From positions 10,602,001-10,666,000 of the forward strand of contig CM022665.1 of assembly GCA_012295275.1 (NCBI GenBank): 64,000 nt of DNA, in the 5' to 3' direction. The stretch is from Chrysomallon squamiferum (lineage: Eukaryota; Animalia; Mollusca). The translations under genes were made by a program, and so were the position numbers. This document shows, piece after piece, positions 41,149-52,500 of the stretch (positions are counted from its first letter, which is position 1; every line of letters starts with the position of its first letter). The notes under the pieces are model-generated. The model ran no database searches. It saw nothing but the letters and a program-made list of their open reading frames with translations, and was not told where the DNA came from.

Positions 41149-44100
41149 TTAATGCCGATTTATAAAAGGCACACATTTTTTTTTATCAATTAGAGTTTTA
41201 ATTTCTTGAATCAACTCTGGATCATGTATAGAACACCATGCATAGTCTGTAGTCACTGCATCCAGTGAGCTGTCACTTTTTGATGTCACAGTTAGCAGTA
41301 TTGTCAGACACATTCCATCATGTTTTTCTGAAGGAATACCATAGTGTTCTATAGACAACACACCACAAGTATCAGGTTTGCAGTCTGACAGGCTTATTTG
41401 TGAAAAGGCATACTGAAAATAATAAGTATTAAATAATAAATGTACAATAGAGAAGCACGAAAGTACACTAGTTTCTAATAAAAATCTGAATATGAGAAAC
41501 AATAACTCATACAATAAATTTTTTATATTAATGTGTACAGGGGAGTTTGACCAAAAGTATAAAATTAAATATATAACTTCTATTTATAAATAACCGTATC
41601 ACAAATTAGTTTGACCAAAAGTATGAAATTAAATATATAACTTCTATTTATAAATAACCGTATCACAAATTTTATAAACATATTAATGCCAAAAAAACCC
41701 AACAACATACAGATTATCGTTCAAAATCATCTTCTTTTAAGTTATATTTTTAAATGTATAATTTTGGATCCATTAAGTTCATTGTCAAATCTTCTCTACC
41801 AGAAAATGACTTCTAATAGGTAATTACTGTTTGTTTTCTGCAGGCATTGTTAATATTTCTTTAGTAGAATGTGAACTTTCATTTTCTGAAATAGTCTTAA
41901 GAACTATATTAGTAACTTTTCAGTTGTCTGATAGTAAACATTACCTTAAATATACGATTAACACAAGTATTTGCAGACATATCCTGTGTTGATATGATTA
42001 CACTTGGAAAATGTACTCCTCCATTTGTATTCATTAAAATATTCAGGTTTCTGAAAAACAAAATTACAAAATAAAAATAACAGAGTATTATTAATTACAG
42101 AAAAGTATAATAAATTAATTGTTTTACTCATTTCCTGAATTTAATCAAATGAATCTATACAATTACTTAATTCATGCTGATAATAATAACAAATAACAGT
42201 TTCAAAGAAGTGTTAAAATTTTGATTTCTGTTGGCTTACTGAATCAAATAGAATAAAAAACAAAATATATAGTTAAAGGTTTGCTTTTTTAATAATCTTT
42301 TAAACTGATTCTGGTTTATAGATATGATATTAGAATTCAAATTATCACCATGAATCACAAAAATGACCTGACTACATCTATCGCAAGACTACAGATTTTA
42401 AGCATGCCTCACTGAAGCATAATTCAAATGAATAAAATAAACTTTTGATTATTAGAAAATACAACTAGATTTAATAAAAATGGATATGCTGACCATCAAG
42501 ATGGTTTCATATATAGAATATTCGAAATATGTAACCTCACATACATAGTTATCTCCAAGAATTAATTGTACTTAATAGAGTTCACAGAGTTCAAGTGTAC
42601 AAATGAATTATTAAAATAAAATGAACAAATGACAAATAGGAATTAAATCATTCTTTTTAAGTGAAATTAAATAAAGACTGTGTTGTATGAAAAACCAATT
42701 ATCAATGTAATAAGGAACATTACCCACTGGTGCTGGTTTTAACTATGACACATCTTAATATCATTTGATTGTGTGGCTGTATAACTGGCATTATGTCAAA
42801 TGGTTGTTGATCTGACGTCTGTCTGTGATGTATGCCTATCTCTATTAATGGAATAATGTCTGCAGGTCTGCAAAAAACCAACAAAAAAAACCCATTAAAA
42901 ATAATAATAAATAAATAATCTAGAGTGCTAAGACATTTGATAAAATATATTACCTGCAACACAGACAAAGTCATCATTTGAAAGCATACAACTCAGTACA
43001 TCACAAAAATATATTGTATTGCTTATCTACTTTGTATAAATGACTACCAGTTAAAAAAAAATAAGCCAAAAAAAAAAAAAAAAAAGATTATGCCTCTGAT
43101 CTTTATTCAATGCAATAATAAATAAGAACATATTTAGTTTTTAAGATATAGTTATCAAATTTAATATTTATTATCTTAACAACGTTTATCAAAATGTGTA
43201 CTGGTTAACTGAATTATTCATGATTTTAAATACTGAGCAAGGGTACTGTTAAAAAGGAATTTTAAAAATAAGATAATTTTATTCTGATTTTCATGGAATT
43301 CAAAACACAAAATGTTACATGTACTTATCCAATAATAATTTTTCAAATTAAATTTATTTAAAAAATTATATACTGTTACACTCACTGAAAATTCAGCGTA
43401 CGAATTGGTATGTTTCTTTGTTTAATCTCATCAAACTTGATCCATTTTGCTTGCAGTGATTCTGCATCTGCATCTTTTTCAGTTTTCAGTCTACCACCTA
43501 TTAAGAAATTATGTTGCATTATTAAATGAAATGAAAATATGCATAAAATAAGTACAAAAGTTACCTTTCTATGAAATAAACTTGCAACAAGAATGACTTT
43601 TACAATGAACTAGCAAACAGACAAGTTCAGGTATTGTCATATAGACTAAGATAATATGGTTTGCAATCATACTGGTAAACATTTACCAGTAGAAGTTGGT
43701 ATAATCTGTATAATCTTGTACTTGCATTCAGATCTTCAAATCCATTTATACTTTATAAATATTCTGATCTAATTTTTTACTGATACATTGTTAAACATTA
43801 TTTTATTTATTCAGTTCAGTCTCTTATTTATAAAAATTGTTCCGATTAAATCTAAGAGTATTGTTGATAATTATCCAAGAAAAATATGAGAAGTTGAAAT
43901 ATTCATTACTTTTCCCCCCTTATTTACAAAAACCAAATTGTCTCACAATTGTTATTATTAGCAAAGGTGGCATCTCGTTAAAAAAAAAAAAAAAAATTAG
44001 TTGAAGGTACACAAAATAAGTCAGTACCACATGTACATTTTATCTGCTCACCAGTAACTTGCCCAGTAAATGTGAGTCTGTACCAGTGTCCTCCTCCAAA

Positions 44101-45009
44101 CTCAAATGAGAGCAGAGTTGTTGGTTCAAACTCCAGTCCTGTCTCTTGTTGTACCTCTCTCATAACAGCTTCCTATAGCACAGAAATCAATTTTCAGTAT
44201 TCGTGACTCTTTAATAATCATAAAATTAATGGAGAAAGAAAGATAAGGAATGATAATGTTATGTAACATATGCAAATATGTTTTTAGAACATTATTAGAA
44301 GTCTTTTAAAGACAACTAATACTGTTGTTATATGCAAATTTAAAAAAATTGAAGAAAAAAGAAAGAAAGAAAAATAAGATTATATTCACTCTAAAGTTTT
44401 CTCCTGGTTCTACTCGACCAGCTGGTAAATACCATTCTCCATGGCATGATTTCTTTGCTTCCTGCATCATCAGAACTTCATCCTCTTTATTGAACAGCAC
44501 TCCAGCAACAAGGTAGCAAATATTAAATTTTGTTTTTGGAATTATAGCTTCTGAAAAAAAAAAAATTAAAAATTAATTCACCAAACGTGAAGAATTTACA
44601 TACTTCTCTGCTGAGGGAACTTATCCCTGAAATCTATCTGCAGTTACTTTCTGTTATTAATAGTTAATTTATTTCAGATCAATATGACCGACAGATCTTT
44701 ATAATAACAGTAAAAAGGCAATGAAAATACTCCACTGCACTTAAATTTTTTTTTTTTTTTTTAACATTTTAATTTCACTAGTTACTAAATCTGTGCATCA
44801 GTGTACATAATAAACTCATCATATGTCCAGAAATTCTGAACTCTGATGCTTTTATTGCCTTTCCAAAAGAAATAATCAAAGGTAAGACTAGTACATGAAT
44901 ATATAAAACCTGTCTGCTTATTGAAGTCATCGGTTTTAACAACACGTACAGCCTGTCTGCTTAATAGTTGCTTAATGGTGGCTTCAAAATTTGTTTTCCT
45001 TGAATCCAT
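41149..45009 (-). CDS. NUDT18: NUDT18-like, copy B (Nudix box REVQQETG)
   Basis: Exons 45009-44910, 44550-44390, 44172-44052, 43497-43386 (donor shifted), 42867-42724, 42050-41945 and 41412-41149. Same exon structure as copy A and highly similar peptide. Confidence 0.9.
41544..41671. repeat. 64-bp direct tandem repeat x2 in the last intron of NUDT18 copy B
   Basis: agtttgaccaaaagtatRaaattaaatatataacttctatttataaataaccgtatcacaaatt at 41544-41607 and 41608-41671, one mismatch. Confidence 0.95.
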
Positions 45010-45099
45010 GAGTATTTTGTCTTCTTTTTTATAAATTTAGTCTCTGCAAGAAAAAATAGTATTAAACTTAAATTCAATTCATTGACATAAAAAAATATA

Positions 45100-46514
45100 T
45101 AGTTATAGGCATATATTACCAGTCATTTCCATAAATATATTTTTACAATTTTTCAGTCAGCTATCCATGAAAGAGCACGAATATGTACGTATTCATGAAT
45201 ATGAATGTGTACATTGCTTGGATGTTGTTTTGGTGGATAAAGAAACACGGACGTTTGACTTTTTGAAATGTGGGGCTCCATCTGCCCCACATTTCAAAAA
45301 GTCCATTCTCACTTTTCATGTTTAAAAAAATTATTAAGTAAAAAATTAAAAACATACAAATAAGAACAGAAATCTTCGTCTAGTCTATTACACTTTACAG
45401 TATCAATACTCGGGGTTTTCAACTGAATTTTTATGAAACAAAATGTAAGAGACTATTTATTTTTAAGGACTGCAAGGAATTTTGAAATTTAATATGTGTA
45501 TCTTAAGTGATTTAGTTCGCATAGATATTACTTAGCAAAATAAACAAATAAATGTTGTTTATCTATTAAGTATTTTCTTTTTTTTAAATGTGATGATAGT
45601 AAAGACTCTTAGACTGATAACTTAACACTATATAATATATTCTTTTTTCTACCGCTCCAGAAATATAACATTTATTTATTTAATTTATTATTACTTTATT
45701 TATTTATTTTGTTTACTTGAAGAGTTTTTAAATATTTGGGGTTTTCAACAAAAGTACATATAAACAGGCAAAAACCAAAACCTAGACGAAAATTTAGAAT
45801 TATCGGAACTATAAAATTCAGATATTAATTTAACGAAATTGGGAACATTTAAATTTAATGAATACTAATGTTACTGAGGATTATTTCTATCATTTTGATA
45901 TACTTATTATAAAGTGGTTTAGTGTTGTTTCTATGCACAGACTATACTTTTTATTATTATTATTACTTTTTTTTTTTTTTTTTTTAATGCACTTTATCCT
46001 TAGTTCGGAACATTTCTTGAGTTCAGTGCTATAATATTGCTATAAAGTAGTTGTCAAAACAAACCACAAAACAAAATGAGAACACGCAGAAAGCATATGA
46101 TGTTGACAGACACCGGTGTATTTTTAGGTCCGTCAGTTCATTTTGGGGATGAATTTAAGAAGATTTTAATATATATACTTCAGTAAAATTTATGAAGTAT
46201 ATTTACTGTCTTCCTGCATGAGAAGACGGAAATGCTGCTGTGCTTACTGCCGCTACACTACTGTAATAACAATTACTAAGTCAACAGACTACAGACTGCA
46301 CGTCTAGAAATAATCATCAAAAGACATTTTCATATTGATGTTAGTGATGACCAAAAGTCATTAGAATGCATCTTTTCGTTATTTATTTACTTATTTAACT
46401 GTTATTACCATTATTAAATTCATTCAAAATAATTTTGAATAGGTTTTTTTTTTTTTTTTTTTGTACGTCAAACAGAACTGAATTAGACCGATATATCAGG
46501 TCAATGGGGTAATC
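45100..46514. promoter_or_regulatory. Bidirectional promoter between NUDT18 copy B and the DUF4062-NTPase gene (paralogous copy at ~39050-40450)
   Basis: Head-to-head ATGs 1.5 kb apart, elevated CpG, and short blocks conserved between the two duplicated units amid diverged spacer. Confidence 0.6.
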
Positions 46515-49500
46515 ATGTATACTCAGTACAAGAAAGATTTACTGGGCCAAGTGAAAAAGGTAAAATAATATATGATTTTATGTACATAAAAAATTAATTT
46601 ACTAGTTAATTAGTAATTACATTTCAAAAGTTTTACATTTTCAAATTCTTTATCACAAAACTCATTTTTCAATTTTATAAAATAAATTTTAATTATTTCT
46701 TTATGTATAAATAACAGAATAATAATACACTGATATGTTCTGTTTACTAGAGTCTTAAGACTATACCAGTTCACAGACAAAGTGATAAAATCTCATATAT
46801 TCCAGCTCACAATATTTGGCCTTGATTCTTGTGACAAAGCTGTGAATTGTGGTTATATCTATTACCTATGTTACTTATATATATTTGGCTTGACTGTCAG
46901 GGTCTGAATCACTGAGTAATTTTAATTATTACTTATTGTCATTAACATGTAGGCCTACATATTTCTGTTACAATTAAGTGAAAGAGGCTCAAGTTTAATT
47001 AGGTTTTCATCAATATTTTTGTTTTCTTGTTCTGGCACATTCTGTTGCCCCAGGGTGTTCATATTTATGTGTGTAATTTAAATAAGGCTTAATTTAAACA
47101 ATTGAAATTAATGATTACTTCTGATGTAAAAGAATCTTTGGTGTTTACAGAACATGTAGGCTAAAAGTTCAAACATTAAAAACATTATTCACTAAATACA
47201 ATTAGATATTTATGTTTCCTTTTCATTGTTATCAGTTTTCTAATAATAAAGTTTTATTATGAAATAAAATTGTAATAATATTTTTAATTTTTGTTTTTAT
47301 GAGATGGTTCTACTTCATTATAAAACATGATTATCATCAAAGATTAATTACCATCTATACTGATAACAACATGAAGTATATAAAGCAGGGATACTTCAAA
47401 ATATTTTTGGTTTTGCTATCATGTCTATATTGCTGTCTTCTGATGGTGCACAGGTAGAGAACCAACTTACTGAAGTTGAAAAAACAGTGTCAGAAATATG
47501 GCAGCAGATAACAAGACAGATGAAAGAACCACAACATCCAGAGACAGTCACTGTTAATAAACATGAATTTAGAGGGTGGAAGAGTGTCCGCCTCTTCATT
47601 TCATCAACATTTACAGATTTTTTTAATGAGAGAGAAATTCTTGTCAAAAAGGTATGACCGTGTAATATAATTTTCTTACTTTTTTTTTTTTAAAGTTTCA
47701 AAATAATTTTTGGACATCTTAAAAAAAATTCTGAATTTTCTCACCATTTTTGAAAACATTCCTGAACAATTATCACACAATTTTAAAATTTTTAAACATT
47801 TAAAAATAAATTTGTCCATTTGATATTCAGAATTACAATATTTACTTCATATTTAACAACATAAATTAAATATTCTCCAGACTATTTTAACTAATTCTGG
47901 ATTCAGTGTTTTGCTTCTAATTGGTAACAATATTTACAGTTAATTAATTTAACTTTTTACAAAACATCAGAGCTAATATGACTAAAATATGTTTATGAAA
48001 AATAAGTATTAAAATTAATTTTCTGATTATTTTAATATTTTTATTATATCTGATAAATTCTTTTTTATATATATTTTATTAACTCTGATGTCTTTCTTCA
48101 TTAAACGACATATAAAAATCACAATCTTCAAAAACACTTTTGTTACAGATAAAAATCAGAATAAACACAAACACTTTCAAGTAAAAGTTTCAAAAGCAGT
48201 ATCTAAACATCATCCAGAAGATTATACAAACTTTAATTTTAGGTATTTCCAGAACTTCGAGAGTGGTGCAATGACAGGAGGCTGAAGCTAAGTGAGATAG
48301 ATTTACGCTGGGGCATCCCTGCAGATGCTACAAAAGGCGAGACTATTACCATCTGCCTTGAAGAATTAGACAGTTGTTATCAAAGTAGTGAGGGTGAACC
48401 ATTTTTCCTTAGTCTTCTCGGAGAAAGGTACAGTCTGTAAAAAAAATATTTTTAAATTAATATTTTAATGCAGTTAATATTGAATCTGCTGAGAGAAAGG
48501 TATGATCTGTAGTTAAAAATATTATAAAATGAATAGTTAATATAATTACAATTGAATCTGCTGGGAGAAAGGTATGGTCTATAGTTTAAAAGATTTTAAA
48601 ATGAATATTTTAATACAGTTAGTATTTAATCTGCTGGGAGAAATGTATTTCTGTGTGTTTGTTAACCAATTCAAAATATTATCACTGTTGTGAAATTTAA
48701 GTTGAATGATTCATTATATAAAAATTAATAATGTGTGCAATATTTTAATATTTATTTACTGTTGTGCACATAAAATGTGAGTGATTTGTGTGTTAATAAA
48801 ATAGATGAAGATTTGTGTTTTTCAGTTAACTCAGTCTGAAATTTATTGTCTGTTGTTTCTATAGATATGGATGGGTGCCTGACAAAAGTGAGGTGCCACT
48901 GGAAGTGGTTGAGAAATACAACTGGATTCCTGGAACCTCCATTACATTCATGGAAATAATGCATGGAGCTTTAATGTTAGTTTTGCTATTAATTAATATA
49001 CACATTAAGATAACTGAATGCAGACGACAACATTATTTAAATTTCAAGATGTAATGGAAATTCCGCAATTTAAATTGTTATTATTTAAAAAAACAAAACA
49101 AGGCTTTTTAAAATACTGGACAACAAAAAAATTTAAAAAAAGAAAAAGAAAATGGTGTTCAATTAATATTTAGTTAATATTTCATCAAACTAATTTTTTA
49201 GCTAATTTGAAGCTAAATGTATATCTTTTTTTGTATTTTTTAGTTTAGTTTATCATGGAACTTCATAGAAATATTTTTAAAGCTCAATAGTTATGATATT
49301 TTCTGGAAATGTATAATACAGTCAATTTTCTATGTAAAAACAATGGACCAGTCCTACTGGTTTTGATCACAGTGTGTCCAGTGAGAAATACACATGGAGA
49401 AACAAAAAACAAAATCTGATTTACTTTACTAATTACCACTTGCTCATTTCCTTGGTGTACTTTGTTGTTTTATAGATCAAGAAATCAGAATGCAGCTTTC

Positions 49501-52500
49501 TTTTTCCGTGACCCATCTTTCCTGTCAGACATACCAGAAGAGCATCAACACAGATTTAAAGATGAAGACCCTTTAGCTAAAGAGCACATACGTGTAAGAA
49601 ATTTACCTACATTATTCATTACTCCAACAATGATTTCAAGATCATTACATTATATACTTTGATGGGATGATATTCAAGTAGCATTTAGTCCTTGAATTAG
49701 AAAAATAATTCAATAGGAAATAGTTTTGACGTCATTTTCTTGTGATAGTTTTACTGTTTCCAGATGTGAACTGTAACAAATACTAAAACAAAAAAGGAAA
49801 TTAATTAGCACAAAAAAATGCCATGAGCAACGAAAACATAAAGCTTTGAAGTCATTTGCATTGACTATTATACAGGCCAAGCATCCAGTAACATATAAAA
49901 TAAATCTTTTTGAAGAGGATTTTATAACAATTTGTGATTAAAATTTTGTTATTGAAAAATGCTGTTGAAAATCATTCAAGGAGGTAGAAAGCTTTCAATA
50001 CATCTTCTTATTTTTTAATTTTTTTGTTTGTTTTTTGTATATAATATTTGAACATTCATCAAAGAAAGGATGCTTGGAGTAATTGTGACTTGATAGTAGC
50101 CTGTAATCCTTAAAATCTGGAAAATTGTGAAAATCAGCTTATCAATTGAGACCTCAAACCAAGCAATGGCAAGTTATTATCATTTTCGTGTGTGTGGATT
50201 GATTCAGCACCGTATATACATTTAGTGACCGTTTTAGAGGTTGAAATACATTGTATATTTGTATGAAAACCTTTGGTTCAGTGCAGTGGCTGCATAACAT
50301 CTGTCTCTTCCATAGTTCAAATGTATACCATTAGAAGACTGTACCCACCATAGTTAAAACATGATGTTGTTGTAGGTTTTGGAAATTGTTAACTTTGTCA
50401 AATGACATCTCAAACAGTCAAATAACATGTTACTGTAAGATATCTCACACGACAGTAAAAAGTTTTAATAGTCATGATTCCAGTGTCTAACACTCTGTTA
50501 ATTCAGTGCTTCTTAAATGATTGAATCGTTTATCTAGAGTTAATGAAACTAGAAGCATAATAAGGTAAAAATTACAAATACGTCAGGTGCAAACGAATGA
50601 AAGTTTATGGTTAATATTCAAGGATGAATTACCCTGAAATAGTTTTAGAAATATTGTGTTAAATAACTTGATCAGATAGTTATTGTTGACTTGCTTCTCA
50701 GAATAGAAAAAACCTCATTCAGAATGACGTGTTTTCCACTTTTAGAATATATCATACAATTACGGGATACCCTAATTTCTAAAATATTATTAGCATTTAA
50801 TAATCTAATAATCTGCGGTATGTATTATAACTTTAATTTGTTGAATTTTTCTTAATATTTAAGCATTTACAACAGATCACTAATCATGTTTTGTTTCTTT
50901 CATTTGTATTTCATTATAGAATAGTGTTCATTCAAAGTAATTCCTGTTTGGAGTGTAGCATATTTACAGGTAGTGGAGAGTGTTTGCATGAATTTGTTTG
51001 TTTCAGTGTTACCAGATGCATTGAGCTGTTATAGTTATAAAATAGTTTTGATAATAATCTGTAGTGTTTGTTTATTTTGTTTATTGTTATTGTTATTATT
51101 ATTATTATTTTACAGGTATTAAAATCAAAGATAAAAGAAATATTCCCAGCAAACACATTTTCCTACTCAGTTACCTATGGAGGTATAGTTAGTACCATGG
51201 GTCGAGATATGGTAATTCAAAATTATTTCTGTTTACAGTATAATTTCAATCAGCTTTTGTAGATTTTAATATGGTTAATAAATATACATAGAGAATTTAA
51301 TTTTTAAAAATTCATAAATAGCATTTTATTAACATGTTTTTTTCCAGAAGGGCTGGTTTTTATAATTATGCAGAATCTATATGAATCTATATGCAGAAGT
51401 TACGAATTTATACCAGTTAATTTTTTTAATTGGACCATCTGGATTTGTGGTAGTGTTTTATACAAAATATTTTTCTCTTTAATGCTCACTCTATGACAGG
51501 TATTTAATATAATATTATGGACTAAGTGTTTATTCTGAACTCTGTTATATGTATTTATTTATATAATAGCTGGGATGTTCTAACTATTATTTACTATGTT
51601 GTTTTTTTTCTTTCTTAAATAGGTACAGTTAGTAAATCTTGAAGAATTTTCTAACAAATGTTTGACATTCTTCAAAGATGCTATTCAAAGAAAATATCCA
51701 GATCAGCAGAAAAATGCAGATTATAATGAAATGGAAGAAGGTTTGTAGCAAATTATTTGATAAATGTTTGTGTTTAGCAGAGTTTACACCAAGTGACTTG
51801 TCACACTAACTTACAGCAGAAGTCAAATTGTTCAGTGAAAATACGTAAATCATAAATTCTCGGTATATCTGCTTTACCACATTCTGCTATTTACCTTATT
51901 TCTTTTAATTATTATTAAAAAAAATTCTAAAGATTTTGTATAAAAATGAAAACATTTAAATTTTGGAATCCAAATTTTATAAAAATGATAATAAATTTTA
52001 TATTTTATATAAATGTAATAAATTTAATTTTTAAAAATTATTTGTCTTTTTTTTAATTATATATATATATACATTTTTTATTATTATTGAACTGTAGAAA
52101 CTCATCTGCAAAAAATGTTCATCATAGAAAAGGCAGAAGACGTGTTTGGACGAGAAGATGACCTGGAAGTATTAATGGATTACATAAAAGGAACAAAAAT
52201 GTCTAGGCTTAATAAAACTGGTAATAAATAAATCATTTACTTACCTTTAAACAATAGCTGACACCATCTTTTGCTAATAATAATTTGAGATTCTTTTTAA
52301 TTTTTTGTTTTTTTAAAATTTTTATCATGATCAAAGAACTTCAGAATAAAAGTTAAACTAATAATTATTTAAGCAGATTAGTTTACGAAAGAAATTTATT
52401 TTAATGAGGGTTAAAGGTTTCACTTGATAAAAAAAAATTCAACTTGTCCTGTAAATGTATGATTTAATTTCGGATTTATAATGAATTTATCATTATTCTT

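Larger units (their letters stand above)
34250..46700. repeat. Tandem segmental duplication, two units of ~6.1-6.4 kb (approx. 34250-40650 and 40700-46700)
   Basis: Paired non-coding anchors: tattggaatgaagc (~34417 / 40821), ttagttcgcat (~39339 / ~45512), tattaatttaacgaaattgggaa (39791 / 45823), gttcggaacatttct (39959 / 46003) and gatttactgggccaag (~40478 / ~46536). Boundaries are approximate. Confidence 0.9.

Noticed and set aside
43670-43691. 10-bp perfect inverted repeat tactggtaaa-ca-tttaccagta (similar small hairpins near 24750-24770 and 24848-24869)
   Set aside because: Short enough to arise by chance or local slippage; no associated feature.
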